NCBI GenBank assembly: GCA_965645245.1
Contig: OZ287070.1
Location: 2,852,001-2,916,000, forward strand
Reading direction: 5' to 3'
Source: Massalongia carnosa
Lineage: Eukaryota
DNA length: 64,000 nucleotides
How positions within the stretch are numbered: the stretch's first letter is position 1; each line of letters starts with the position of its first letter. The position numbers and the translations under genes were made by a program. The notes beneath the pieces were generated by a model. It was not told the origin of the DNA, did no database searches, and saw only the letters and a program-made list of their open reading frames with translations. Below, piece by piece: positions 11,117 through 25,200 of this stretch.

Positions 11117-14100
11117 ATGTCTATCAACCTCGACCCCCCCACCGCCGTTTCCAATGCCAACGAACTGAGCAGTGCCGTGCAGCAACACCCACAAGCATGG
11201 CTCGATTTCCTTCTTCGCATCACCAACTTCGCGTCCAACGCTCAGGAAATCATCACCACCTTAGAGACCGACAAAGCAACCGCACTATCTTCCCTTGAAC
11301 AGGCTAACGTCACTCTGACCGAGAATTCAATCACCATGGCCGCCGGACAGGCTGTTCTAGACGAACTCCGCACCAACCTTGCCGATGCATCCTCGCAGTC
11401 TAAATCACACCGCTCCACTAAGCATCCAGACCCCTCTCTCTTTGGTGGCGACAAAGCAGAACTTCGAGGATGGATGACACAACTCCGGATCAAGCTAAAC
11501 ATCAACAAGGACCATTATCCCACCGAGCAAAGCAAGCTGGCTTATGCGCTAAGCCGCTTGAAGGAAAAAGCTTTGGAACAAATGCAGCCGTACCTAGAAA
11601 GAGATGGAAACATTGCCCTTGTCGATATGAACGCGTTCTATACCAAACTGCAATTGGCCTTCGGTGATGCTGATAGAAAAGCAACAGCACAAAGAGAACT
11701 GCGACAGGTTCGACAAAAGAATAAAGAGTTCTACTTATATCTATCCGACTATCAGCGCCTCGTTCCCGACACAGGCTTCGACGATGAAGCCAAACGATCG
11801 ATTCTTCTGGACGGTCTCAGCGATGAGTTAAAATCCGCTCTAATCACGGTAGACCTACCCGCTTCCCTGGATGACACTATACAAGTCCTCCAGAAAATCG
11901 ATAACCGATTCCGCTCCGTTCAAGCATCGCTTCGCAAACCATTCACGTATGGCGGCACTTTCCGTTCTTCCTCCGCTCCGTCTACTCCGACCACCAAGAC
12001 CTCTTCCAGTCCTATCACCCCCGCTCCTCGACCCGCTCCCACCCCCTCTGCAGACTCAGACGTCATGGACCTGTCAACCTCTAGGCGTCGGGGTCCCATC
12101 ACACCGGCGGAACGATCGCGCCGCATGAACGAGGGACTATGCATGTACTGTGGAGGATCCGGACATTTCGCCAACGCTTGTCCGGTCTCCAAAGGAAAAT
12201 CTAGAATGAAGACATTTGAACTAAGCTCGGGAACTCCGAGGAGGAGAAAAAGTTCAGTCTTCGGTCTAAGTCGCGGCCGAAGACAATTATCGAAAGGAGC
12301 TATTTCAATTTCGGCATTTTCCTTGTCCAAAGAGCCTCTGTCTGAAGAAAACCTAGATGGTAGGCATTTGGTTGTGTCTCTTGTTGTCTCCATAGGAACA
12401 ATCAGAATCAAGACTTATGCATTGATTGATTGTGGAGCATCTGGATTTGCCTTTGTTGATTCTTCGTTCGCGCCACTACCATCGCATACCCCTCGCCCCC
12501 ATGAAGAAACTCGTATTCTTGAACTCGCAGACGGTCGTCCCGTATCGTCTGGAAAACTTACCCACCTTGCTCGTCTGAACCTTGACATCGCCTCCCACTC
12601 CCGAACCCGCCAACCTTCTCGTTACCAGTCTCGTCATTATCCTATCGTTCTCGGCATTAAATGGCTACAAGTCCACGACGTCAGCATACGATGGGCCATG
12701 AACTCTCTCACTTTCAACTCACCTTACTGCCGTCAGCACTGTCTTGACAACTCCGAGTCAAATACGGTGATAGGCATAACCAACGTTCCTGAACTTCGCG
12801 CGGAAAAGCCCCTCGTCGTTGAAAGTATCGCTAGTCCCGACACGACTGCGCCAATCATCGCTCATAACACTAGTCCCGAGGCGGTTAGATTTAACAGGCC
12901 CGGCCGGTAAATCTGCGCGTCAACTCTAATGCGGTCGCGTCCGCCGCCCCTTCGCCTATCTTGTCTTCGACCTTACCCGTTCCGTCCCCGCTCGTTCCGC
13001 CGCCGACCAATCAGAGTCCACCATTGAGCATATGTATGATAGGGGCCGCCCCCTTTACCCGTCTAGCAAAGAAAAAAGAGTGTGAACTCTTTACCGTGAA
13101 CATGAGAGATATCGAGCGTGCCTTGAACCCTAAACCGGAAATTGACCCTGCTACAGTGTTGCCACAGGAATATCATGAATTTCTTGATGTATTTTCGAAG
13201 AAAGAAGCTGATAAACTTCCTGAGCGACGTAGCTATGATCATAAAATTCCATTGATGGAAGGAAAGGAACCCACGTATGGCCCGTTATACGGCATGAGTC
13301 GAGACGAACTGTTAGTTCTACAGAAGTATCTCACGGAAAACCTGAAGAAAGGTTTTATTCGATCCAGTTCTTCCCCCGCTGCGTCCCCGGTGTTGTTCGT
13401 TAGGAAACCAGGCGGAGGCCTGCGTTTTTGTGTTGATTACAGAGCATTAAATGCGATAACGATCAAGAACAGATACCCCCTACCTTTGATCAGAGAAACC
13501 TTGGACCGCTTGAGTAAGGCAGTTGTCTTTACTAAGTTGGATATTGTCGCGGCTTTCAACCGTCTCCGTGTAACTCATGGAGAGGAATGGAAAACTGCCT
13601 TTCGAACACGTTATGGATTATTCGAATATCTCGTCATGCCATTTGGGCTCTGTGGAGCGCCATCCTCGTTTCAGGAGTACATTAATGATGTGCTTCGTGA
13701 ATATCTAGACATCTTCTGCACCGCGTACATCGATGACATATTGATTTACAGCAATTCCATGAGCGAACACAAGGGTCATGTGAGAAAAGTACTAACGGCC
13801 TTACGGAAGGCCGGACTACAACTCGACATCTCAAAGTGTGAATTCCATGTCACGGAGACCATTTATTTAGGGTTGATAATATCCAAAGATGGTATAAGAA
13901 TGGACCCTAAGAAAATTGAGACAATTCAGAATTGGAACACCCCCGAGAATCTAAAAGACGTGCAGGCTTTCATAGGATTCGCGAATTTCTATCGTCGATT
14001 TGTCAAGGGTTTCTCTCGCATAGCCGGACCATTGACTGCTATGTCAAAAAAGAAGACATCATTCGTATGGACCGCTGACTGCGCCAGGGCCTTCGAGGAT

Positions 14101-16188
14101 CTGAAGGCTATGTTCACCAGTGACGTTGTTCTGCTGCATTTTGACCCCGATAAGGAAAGCGTGGTTGAAACTGACTCTTCTGATTATGTCAATGCCGGAG
14201 TTCTCTCACAGTATGATGACAATGGAGTCCTTCGCCCCGTAGCCTTTTTCTCGCGACGTTTGTCACCGGCGGAGTGCAATTACGAGATTTATGATAAAGA
14301 ACTACTAGCCATAATACGTGCATTCGAGGAATGGAGACCAGAACTCCAAGGAGCCGCATACCCGGTTAAAGTAATCACCGATCATAAAAACCTGGAGTAT
14401 TTCACCACCACCAAGCAGCTAAGCAGACGACAGGCCCGCTGGGCAGAATATCTTTCACGTTTCGACTTCAAAATCACGTATAGACCCGGCAAATTAGGTG
14501 GAAAACCTGATGCTTTGACTAGAAGATCAGGAGGTCTTCCTAAGGAAGGGGACGTGAGACTGGAACATCAGAATCAGGTGGTATTAAAACCGCATAATTT
14601 TGAACTTCATGCTAACAACGTGCCTCGTGTGACTGACGTGTCCGACTCTGAACCTGACATCGTCATTGAACCATCGAACCTTGCTCCCGCCTCCGACTCG
14701 GAAGACAAATCTATAGACGAACTCATTGATCTAGGATATGAACATGACCCTATGCCTAACAAAATCCTGACACTTCTCCGAAACGGTACTCGACACAGCA
14801 AGGACATCACCCTAGCCGAATGTGAAGACAGGAATGGAAGACTATACTACAAGGAAAGGCTATATGTCCCTGATTGGCATGAATTAAAAATGAGACTATG
14901 CAAGGAATATCACGACAGTCCAGTCGCCGGTCATCCAGGCAGATCTAAAACATTTAGTCTAATGGCGCGAGACTACTACTGGCCCCGATAGCATCAGTTC
15001 ATTGCCCGCTATGTTCAGCACTGTCACACATGCTCTCGCAGTAAATCTACTCATCATGCTAAGTACGGAGTGTTGAAACCTTTGCCTGTTCCTCAACAAC
15101 GATGGAAGGACATATCCATGGATTTCGTCACTGGCCTACCCGAAAGTAGTGATAAAAACGCCGTACTAAGCGTTGTTTGTCGACTAACCAAGATGAAGCA
15201 TTTTATTCCATGCAGAGAAACCACTGACGCTAAGGCCTTGGCTAGGCTATACGTGGAACATGTCTGGAAACTTCATGGCCTACCTGACTCCATTGTATCG
15301 GACCGAGGCCAGTTCATCGCTGACTTCTGGAAAGCACTATGTGAACGACTAAAGATCAACAGTCGGCTATCCACATCGTTTCACCCGGAGACCGACGGTC
15401 AAACGGAACGATATAACGCGGTCATGGAACAATACCTCAGAAGCTATGTATCCTATCAACAAGATGACTGGACCGACTGGTTGCCCATGGCTGAGTTCGC
15501 TAGCAATAACTCCGACTCCGAAACAACGTCCGTCAGCCCGTTCCTTGCTAACTATGGTTTCCACCCCCGTCTTGGTTTTGAACCTGTTCATCGCGACTCC
15601 CCCAATGCGCAGGTCATTAGCGCCGACGAATTCGCCTCCAAAATGCAAAGTATCAGTGAACACCTCGGCGACGAAATGCGCCTAGCTCAAGCGCGTTATG
15701 AAGCATCTGCTAATGCAAACAGGACCCCGGCTCCCATGTTTCATGTCGGTGACGAGGTATGGTTGGACGCTAGGCATATAAAGACCAAACGGCCATCACG
15801 AAAGTTGGATTGGAAAAAGCTTGGAAGGTTCACTATAAAGAAGGTTGTTAGCAAGTACGCATACGAGTTAGACCTTCCCGCCTCTATGAAAGTTCATCCT
15901 GTGTTCCATGTCTCTCTTCTAGAGCCTGTCTCTCAACACCCCCACGTCGGCCACATACCCGCTCCTTCTCCCCCTGTCGAAGTTGAAGGTGAAACAGAGT
16001 GGGAAGTCGAAGAAATTTTGGACTCCCGTTTCTTTCGAAGACGATTACAATACCTGATCAAATGGACTGGTTGGGACGCCCCCGACTGGACTGAAGCTAA
16101 GGACGTCACCCACTGCTCAGACCTATTGGAAGACTTTCATCGATTGAGGCCTACCAAGCCTGGTGGTCCTCGCGGAGCTCAGACCTAA
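11117..16188 (+). pseudogene. gag-pol: Gypsy-1 Gag-Pol (gag, PR, RT, RH, IN, chromodomain), disrupted
   Basis: CMYCGGSGHFANAC knuckle, [29 protein letters not shown] and DDE, HPVFHVSLL, chromodomain EWEVEEILDSR..YLIKWTG. Frameshift near 12.9 kb and a stop at 14989. Confidence 0.94.
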
Positions 16189-18362
16189 AAGGGGAGCTGG
16201 TGTCATGGAGTGACTGGGCACCTACCAGTTAGTTCATTGAACCAACCTTAGCTGCTTGAACGAAGCACTAGCCGGCTAGCCGATCCGAAAGGAACTAAGC
16301 TTAATCCGGTTTAGTCAGGGCAAAGGTAAGTGTTCCGGCTGAAGGTAAGTGTTCGGACTGTCAATAGTGTCATAGCGATAGTTTCATGCCAGGGACTTGG
16401 AAAATTGGATCAACGGCTGGATTGGGACTGGTTCCGTTCGCCAGATTCTTATACTCGCCCACGTTGGATTTTCTGTTTCTTTTCTCCTTGTCGAACGTCT
16501 TGTCCACCTAGCTAGACAATCAAGTAATACGTTTGCACCATCTGAATTTCTACCTGACCTCGCACCGTGACACTATGCTCCTGCTTTTTACGGTCGTGTT
16601 CAGCTTCCGGAACAAGTCAATCAATTGAACAACTTAGACAGTTTTGTGGACACCGTTTTTCCTTCGGATCGCATGCGGCAAGCTCATCTGGATGCGGATT
16701 CTTTCGCAAGTCGAGCAATTTTGACTTTGCGAAACGATATCGTCGCGGAGTTAAACCGTGCAGTAATGAATAAATTGCAGGGCTATTCGCACACCTTGAA
16801 CTCAGTTGATCAAATAGAGAACGATACGGCGCAGGAACGAGGAGACTTTCTTCCTCCCGAGTTTTTACAACCCTTGCAAATATCGTCTTTACCACCTTCA
16901 CAATTGCAACTGAAACTTGGAGCCCCAAACATTTTGTTGCGGAATTTGTATCCCAAACTTGGTCTCTGTAACGGCACCCAATTACGTCTTACTCACATTT
17001 CGCGGATCTGTCTAGAGGGAAAGATTTTGGGAGGAGAATTCAACGGTGAAACGCGATTAATTCCCCGGATTCTTCTTAATACCACGAAAGGCGAGTTGCC
17101 CTGGATCATAAGTCGCAAACAATTTCCGATACGACTGTGCTTTGCTATGACTGGTAACAAGTCGCAAGGTCAATCAATGGACACGGTAGGAGTCGATTTG
17201 CGAGCTCCTCCTTTTACTTATGGTCAGTTATATGTTGCATTATCTCGAGTTACGGATTTGTCTCGATTGTGTGTGTTGTTTCCGGAAAGAAATAACGAAA
17301 AACGGATAACTTTGTATATCCGGAAGTAATTCTGCGATCGCAACATGATATGATAACTTATGTTCCTCCGAATCCAGCTGTAAGTTTATGATAATATACG
17401 GTATGATGTCACTTAGAAATTGTACTCAATTGCAAAATAGACAGCAACTTTATTGTGCTATCAAAAATTTACCGTCCAGGTAATCAAGTGTGACAGCTTG
17501 CGAATATTAAATTAAATAGATAATACTGTAGTTTTGACTTTACAACCTTTTATAAATTGTACCGATCGTAAAAACTCGAAATCGATTCCAAAATCTCAGT
17601 TCTGAGATGGCACGGTCTCGTTGTTACTGTACTGTACTTACGTCGCGCAAACGAGGTTGAGTTAAAAACCCGTCGAGATTAGAACCTTCAATCCCACAAT
17701 CGGACAGTCTCATCCCGGGGGAGCCTAGCGCGCCCATCGCGATGAGTCATCCATTCGGGACCCCACCGCAAACCCCCCACCACGATTTCTTTCGTGATGA
17801 TCTTTCCCGCAATGCTTTAGCACGTCCTCGTGGGGATCGCACCCTGTCATGAAATCGAACCAACCCGATCCAGAATCAATCCCGCAGATGAATCTGACTA
17901 AGCTCCCGTTCCTCTATTCAGCTTAGTCAGAATCTCATTAACTAAATCGAGTTTAGACCCCTCTCAACGGCTTCAGGTCAAAGCTGTACCATCACCATCA
18001 AAGCGTACCAACGACAGGAGAACCTCATCTCCACCTTTTATCGTGAAACACCTCGTCAAACCTTCGTGCCGTACGTCTCCTAATAGGGGGAGATGAATAC
18101 TGATCGAATCTTCATGCAAAGGGGTTCGAGACAAATATAAAAGGAAGGACAAGTTAATTAGATAGTTGACTCCTTGTCCGACGTCTTGTATAGCAATCCA
18201 TCACCTAGCTATAGCCTTATTAATAAAGATATCTTGATCACCCAATCCAATTCCTAGGAACATTAGTTCAATCCCCTGCCCAGTCCTTGACATTACGTCG
18301 GACCTACATCGAAAGGTGCCTTTCATAGCACTAGCCCCTGTCCCCCCTCATATTCCACCATC

Positions 18363-19556
18363 ATGTCTTCGTCTTCAGAAGAGATGACCGTCCCCCAAAA
18401 TCCTCTCATCGACGAGAACGTGAAGTTGTTTCAAAACCAGTTCCAAACCAATCCTGAAGCATTCGTCGCGGAAATACGACGACTTCAAGACGAGGTGGCC
18501 CGGTTGCAGGCCGCCCCAGCTCCTGACCCCCCTATACCCACTCCAGCATCAACCTCGTCTCCCTCGTCCGTTCCGGCAATGGACCCTCAGATAGCTGCCC
18601 TCCTGCAGCTCCTTTTGACCCGGAATTCCGAGTCCAAAACCGATCTTCGTTCCGAAAAACTTCCCGACATCTCCGAGTACGATGGAGATGAAGCCAAGTT
18701 GGACTCCTGGGAACAGAGCCTGATTCAACGGATGCACGTTAATCATGATCGATACTCCACCGATGCCTCCAAGATTGCATACGCGGAGAATCGGCTCACC
18801 ATCGGGAAACGAGCTCACAACCTTATGAATGCGTATCGAGTGGATGGCATTTGTAGACTCACCACCTTCTCCGAATGGCGTTCTGCTCTTCGCCTAGCCT
18901 GCGGCAACCCCTTCGAACAAGAGGATGCCCGTAAGTACCTTCGAGAAACCGTCAAGCAGGGCTCTCTGAGTTTCGAAGAGTACAACACTCTCTTCTCTCG
19001 GAAAAAAGACCGATCCAGAATGGAAGACGCTTCGTTGATTGATGCCATGAAGGCAAACATCAACTACTCCGTTCAAACCGCGGCCGTCCACTACCGAGTC
19101 CCCGGCACCAATCTGGAGCCAATCACCTTCGACGAGCACGTCGCAATGTGGTTAAGCACGGACCGGAAAATCCGTCAGATCCGTCATCTGGCACCCAAGG
19201 CCACGACTCCGGCCACATCAGCTCCCGCCAATCGAAGAAACGGCACCAACCTTCCTGCTGCCCCTTTCCCCCGCACTGTCGTCACGGGCACGGTCACCCC
19301 ATTGATCCCAACCCCCGCCTTCCCCCCAGCTGGAGACCCCATGGACCTAAGTCAGGCCATGGCGGCTGTCAAAGGTCAGTCGTTGAAAACCGAGGGAGTA
19401 AGGAAGATCTGCGAGAATTGGAACCTGTGCTTCTATTGCAAATTGCAACACCTCGGGTCGGCCTCCGACTGTCCAAATAAGCCTACCAAACGCCTTCGCA
19501 ACATGGAAGTCGTCTCGACCCTCACTCCCGAGACTGACGACTCGGGAAACGTCTAG
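18363..19556 (+). CDS. gag: Gypsy-2 Gag
   Basis: 397-aa ORF immediately after the 5' LTR; C-terminal [15 protein letters not shown] knuckle; ends at a GGGAAAC slippery site. Confidence 0.9.
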   Translation: MSSSSEEMTVPQNPLIDENVKLFQNQFQTNPEAFVAEIRRLQDEVARLQAAPAPDPPIPTPASTSSPSSVPAMDPQIAALLQLLLTRNSESKTDLRSEKLPDISEYDGDEAKLDSWEQSLIQRMHVNHDRYSTDASKIAYAENRLTIGKRAHNLMNAYRVDGICRLTTFSEWRSALRLACGNPFEQEDARKYLRETVKQGSLSFEEYNTLFSRKKDRSRMEDASLIDAMKANINYSVQTAAVHYRVPGTNLEPITFDEHVAMWLSTDRKIRQIRHLAPKATTPATSAPANRRNGTNLPAAPFPRTVVTGTVTPLIPTPAFPPAGDPMDLSQAMAAVKGQSLKTEGVRKICENWNLCFYCKLQHLGSASDCPNKPTKRLRNMEVVSTLTPETDDSGNV

Positions 19557-22220
19557 ACTCTGCGCATCGTCGCGCGCAGAGCCCTATTTTAATTTCTTCT
19601 TGTCTGTTAGCCAACTCGTTTTCTCCCCCCCTTCAATCAAACACTCGTTTTTCCGCAGCCTCCGCTTTGGAGCTGTTTGAAACCGAAGAAGCGTTTCGAG
19701 ATAGCCACCTAGTGGTATCATGTATCTTACGTATAGGTAGACCTCGAATTCAAGCTCTCAATCTGATTGATTGTGGTGCATCTGGCTATGCATTCATTGA
19801 CAAGAAGTTTGCGCAAACTCACCAAATCCCCCTTCATCCCCTCAAATACGCCCGACGCCTTGAAGGCTTCGAAGGTCAGCCGGCTCTGACTGGAAATATC
19901 ACTCATGTGGCCGAGGTAATCATGGACTTAAACGGACATGTAGAAAGATTATTCCTTTTCGTAACAGGACTGAAAACCTACCCCATCGTCCTGGGACACC
20001 CGTGGTTGCGACGACATCAAGCTCTCGCTGATTTCGAGTCCAACTCTCTCTCCCTGTCTTCCTCTTTCTGCCTGGCTCATTGTAGCCCTCATCCAGTCAA
20101 GGTGAAGGCCTACACGGGCGAGAAATTCCTATCTCCTGCGGAAAGTCAGGAAGTATGGGAATCGGAAAACTACTCGTCCAATAGTCAAATCCTGTCCGAA
20201 AAACCTGTCCTGTCCGATAAAACCACGCCGCGCGATAGTAAGACAACTTCTCTCGAAAATCAGGACATCAGTCGTATCGAAAAAGCGATTGAACAGGGCG
20301 ACTCACCGAAAATCCGATATCGAAGTCCCTCTTCGTATCGCACCTCCACTCAGCGACATGCTGCCCAGCAGAATCGCAATCCTCCTGTTTTGGACGTCTG
20401 TGAAATCGGCGCCCTCAACTTCAACTATCTCGGACGAAAAAAGAGTCACGAGATGTTTGCTCTCTCCTTGAAAGAAATCGATCACTTTCTCGGCCTGACT
20501 CAACCTGAACCTAAGCCTGAACCCAAACCCGAATCTCGCCTTCGTCAAGAGACTGACTGGGCACACTCGAAACCAACCTACCAACCCAACCCCCGGTCCA
20601 GCCCTAGTGAAAAGAAATATCACTTAGCCCTGTTCCGTATGAACCAGGCTCTGACACAGTTATGTTCAGTGACCGAACCCGAACCTCAACCCTTGACACT
20701 GCAATCATCAGTGACCGCCGAAGAACTGAACGCTTATCGTGAGCGAAAGAACGTCGACCCAGCCCCCCTTCTACCCAAACAGTATCACGACTTTCTGGAT
20801 GTCTTCTCCAAAAAAGAATCGGACGTCCTGCCCGAACACCGACCCTACGACCATGCCATAAAGCTAAAAGAAGGCTCTCCAATCCCGAATCAAGCTCTTT
20901 ATGGCATGAGTCGAACCGAAATCGAAGAACTCCGACGCTACCTTGATGAGAACCTGTCGAAAGGCTTCATCCGAGCTAGTAAATCCCCCGCTGCCTCCCC
21001 AGTCATGTTCGTAAAGAAGCCAGGAGGAGGACTTCGCTTCTGTGTCGACTATCGAGGCCTCAATGCCATCACGATTAAGAATCGGTATCCGCTTCCCCTG
21101 ATCACCGAAACCCTGAATCGCCTGAGTCGGGCTAAGATATTCACCAAGCTGGACATTATTTCAGCGTTCAATCGGCTCCGCATCAAGGAAGGAGATGAAG
21201 AACTCACCACATTCAGAACCCGTTTTGGCCTCTTCGAATCCCTGGTCCTACCATTCGGCCTCTGTAACGGCCCCGCCTCCTTTCAACACTTCATCAATGA
21301 TACTCTTCGAGAGTATCTCGACGACTTTTGCACGGCCTATCTAGATGACATTCTCATCTACAGCGAAATTGAAGGCGAGCATGAAATCCACGTCAAACGT
21401 ATCCTCATCAAGCTGAGAGAAGCCGGGCTGCAAGTAGACATCACCAAATGCAAATTTCATGTCACAGAAGTTGCCTATCTCGGACTAATTGTAACCACCG
21501 AGGGAATCAAAATGGACCCCGCTAAAATCGAAACAGTAACTCATTGGCCAATACCGATCAATATGAAAGATGTACAAAGCTTTCTGGGATTTGCTAACTT
21601 CTATAGACGATTCGTATACGGCTTTAGTAAGATAGCTGGCCCACTGACGAATCTAACCAAAAAGGAGGTCAGCTTTCAATGGACTGACAAATGTCAACAG
21701 GCATTCGAAACTCTAAAAAAGCTTTCACCTCGGAACTAATACTGATGCATTTCGATCCCGATCGTCCTATCATCGTGGAAACCGATGCTTCGGACTACGT
21801 CTCTGGTTGTCAGGGCATAGAAGGAATAAGGGCTAAGCTAACTAAGCGGGGCTTAGTTCTACGGCTAGGCTTAGTCATATGGAAAGCAGTTGGTATGCGT
21901 TACGCGGCTGGTATCTACTGCCGAGAGTATAGTACGAGCGATCGAGATATACGAGGATGCTCGTACGATTAGTGAGCGGATGGTACGATACAGTCAGCAC
22001 AGTGTCTACGATACAGTCAGCACAGTGTCCACGATGCAGTCAGCAGAGTGTTTAGCCGGCTTATCCGGTAGGAGTAATGGGCGGTCAAGATAGTTACAGT
22101 ATCAAGGGCCCAGAGGGTCAAGGGCTTCGGTCCGGGTATATAAGGAGGCTGCTCGAGGGAGATGCAATCTTCAACGATTAGTCTTCCGCTTTACCTACAT
22201 ACTTCTTTTAGTATATTAGT

Positions 22221-25200
22221 TATTGGAATTTGCCGAGATACCTGAATATTTGCGACCGAGGTTCTTTTGCCTCCTGCTTACTAATTTCCAGATTAGGCAA
22301 TCATATGCTATATGCGAAAAGCTTCAGATATCGGCACGACTTCGGCAACTACGAGGAGGCAAAAGTATGCAGCAAGAATGCTACATTTCGGAGGCAATTC
22401 AGCTGTTCATGATCACTGAGTGTCTCGGTGTCTCCGGTCAGCAACGAGGTGTATTTTGCCCAGCTGAAAAGGTTCAAAGGAAGCAGGTTCATGCATTTGA
22501 TATAGGCCGAGATGGAGGCCCTCAAGCAGTATAAAGAGACGATGATTCCTCATGTAATTTAGCTATTCAGTCGTTCAGAATTCAGTTCAGCAGATAGCTA
22601 AATTTGGAGTATCTTCACTGGAAATACGGAGTACCTGCATCACGTTTGCCAAGCACTTCTCTTTGCCTATCCTTGAAAGCCCTAGACCCTCTTCTCCTGC
22701 ATCCCGCTGCCGTATGCCTGGTTGATTTTTTGTTCAACAGGTTATGAGCCCGGATAGCACTCTATTCAAATCCAGGAGTATTTATCACTAGATCTTTTAT
22801 CTTAGGGGATATAGCCCGTGTGCTTGTTTGAACTCCTAGCTATCCATTTCGGCACTCGAATAGGACGACTCCTTCACCACCAAAATGTCTGCCTCAGAAG
22901 ACAGCCAAGATACCGGAGGTGCCATGAGGGCATCCACCACCCCGGAGGCTAGCAAGGCCTCCTCATCAAAGGACAAGGGCCTAGCGGCTATGACAGCCAT
23001 TGATGGGGGATATAAAAGGGGTGCCGGTGTGAAAGGTGAAGTAAAACTGCCAAAACTTACTAGCGACAACTACAGGCTGTGGTCCCACCTTTTGAAGGTG
23101 CACTTAATTGCCAAAGGGCTCTGGAAAGTAGTCAGTGGAGAGATACTCGAACCACCAGGAAGCATGCCTTTGGATAGAGACTCGTGGATCTTTGATGATG
23201 CCACAGCAATCACCATCCTCATGGGAGCCATGGATGAAAGGCAGCAGAAGCATGTGCAACTGCAGCAATCTGCCAAAGGGGTATGGGATGCCCAAAAGGA
23301 AATTCACGGCAAAGACTCTAGGACACGCTTGGTCCCCATGCTCCGCCGATTTCATACGTATAAGGCCAAGGCAGAGGAAGGAGTGGATGAGACTGCAGCA
23401 GAGCTAGAAGATATGAGGGATATCATCGCAAACATCAACCCAGAGGTGAAGCCATCCGATATCATGATGGCCCTAGTCCTAATGGATTCGGTGGATCACG
23501 AGCGGTATAATGCGGTGAAATTGCAATTAAACGACTTGGAAAACCTCACGTTTCGGAAGGTGATTGAAAAATATAAGGAAATCGAGCAGATGGCCAGAGA
23601 TAACGCGGGGACCCCCTATGAAATCGCTAATAAGGTCTCCGCCAAGCCCTATAAGTTTAAGGGGAAATGTTACCACTGCAAGAAACCTGGTCACGTGAAA
23701 AGCAAGTGTTTTGAATGGCTTGCCAGTGACGAAGGCAAGGCCTACAATGAAGATACCGCCAGCACGGCCCAATCAAAGGGCAAGAAAGCCAAGGACGGAG
23801 GTAAGGGAGAGGAAAAGTTAAGGGATGGCAGACGTGGCAAGGGCCGAGGAGGTCACCTTGCACGCAAAGCATCCGGCACAAGGGACAGCGACAGTGAGGA
23901 TAGCGACGACGAGTCAGTGTACGGTCGCATGGCCATTGACCACGTGGACCAGAGCGACCATGAGGATTACACCGACTACGTCAACAATGGGGCGCGCTAT
24001 CGCACTTCCCAGAAGTGCTCCTCCCCTAAGAGTTTTGCTAGAGTGGCAAAACTCACTTCCAAAGTAATACCCCCGAATGAGTGGATTATTGACTCAGGGG
24101 CCAGTCGCCATATGACGGCCAATCGGAAGCTATTCACAAACTTTACACTGCAGGTAAGTTGGGTGACGATAGCTAATGGGGTAAAGATTAAATCACCTGG
24201 TAAAGGTGATGTGGCTGTGGAGCTGGAGGATAAGAAGTTCAAACTCACAGAAGTGTTATACGTACCTGAGCTGGATGCGAATTTGTTGTCAATTTCGGCA
24301 TTACAAGCTAGAGGAATGATTGTGAGGTTTGGATTGAGTTGCGTCGAAATTTTGAGGAGAGGTACCTACCTCGCCACCGGGTTTTTGTGGGAAAAACGTA
24401 CCTGCTCCGATCCGCAGGAAGCGGAGTGGCCCTGATAGCCACTGAGGATCCCGAGGAAGAAATCCCTATTACTTCTGATCCAAATATCAGCGAAAGATCG
24501 TCCGGAAATCAGAATTTGCCAAGAATGCCAGAAAATGCAAAAGACAACAAAAAAGCAATTAGCACTCGGTCCCAATTAGAAAGAGACCGATACCTACTAT
24601 GGCATGGCCGCATGGGGCACGTGGGAGCATACAGACTCACTGTCCTCCATGAAGCCACTAATGGAGTGGGAGCCAAGTTACATGACCATGAGAAGGAATG
24701 CAAATGCATCACATGTACTCAGACGAAAATGACTCGAATAATCAACCGAAACCCACCAGAACGGGCTACCCGCCGTCTGGAACGAGTCTATTCAGACTTT
24801 TGGGGTCCATATCGGGTGCCCAATAACCAGGGGACCAAGTATTTTGTGTCCTTCACCGACGAAGCCACCGGCTACTCGGATGTTTACCTCGGGGCCAGGA
24901 GCGAGCTAGAAAAGCTCTTTCGGATGTTCAAAAATCGTGCCGAGATCGAGACAGGGGAGCGAATCAGGACCTTGCGATGTGATAACGCTTTAGAGTATGA
25001 AAAACTGGCTAGAACGATATTGCCGGAAGGAATAGTGGTGGAGTTTACCACGGCCTATACCCCTGAGCAGAATGGGGTTGCAGAAAGACTCAATAGAACG
25101 CTGATGCAGATGGTATCAGCGATGCAGATGTGGTCTGGGTTGCCTAGGTCATTTTGGGGGGACGCAGTACTGACTGCCAATTATCTGAAGAATCGACTTC

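Larger units (their letters stand above)
8769..16572 (+). mobile_element. Ty3/Gypsy chromovirus (Gypsy-1), full length; 5' LTR interrupted by pogo-1
   Basis: 372-bp LTRs (8769-8934 plus 10872-11077; 16201-16572; about 5 mismatches); TSD CTATG; PPT AAAAGGGGAG before 16201. Confidence 0.96.
1..17329 (+). pseudogene. Helitron Rep/PIF1-helicase gene, fragmented (pieces 1-141, 1178-1647, 7656-7825, 8082-8505, 8697-8768, 16578-17329)
   Basis: The pieces join across TSDs and carry Helitron/PIF1 motifs: FQIHGELY, PRFAQLFFYD, NPFIRHYK, DPTALW..ICDD, Walker A GPAGTGKT, I*DEVTM, LGGDFAQILPV, LLRNL..GLCNGT, RKQFPIRLCFAMTGNKSQGQS, GQLYVALSRV. Several stops and frameshifts. The Rep catalytic region is missing and the 5' part lies outside the window. 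Confidence 0.92.

Noticed and set aside
17711..17730. Helitron 3' end (hairpin plus CTAG)
   Set aside because: Only a weak palindrome, too close to the CTAG, and no following T; the Helitron end could not be placed.
22223..22534. Short ORFs duplicated at 22223-22534 and 27594-27989
   Set aside because: They are incidental frames inside the Copia-2 LTRs. Other short antisense or overlapping ORFs in the track are likewise shadows of TE genes.
24375..24395. Programmed -1 frameshift at GGGTTTTT in Copia-2
   Set aside because: The heptamer is out of phase with the upstream frame and lies after the protease; a 1-nt deletion or sequencing error is simpler.
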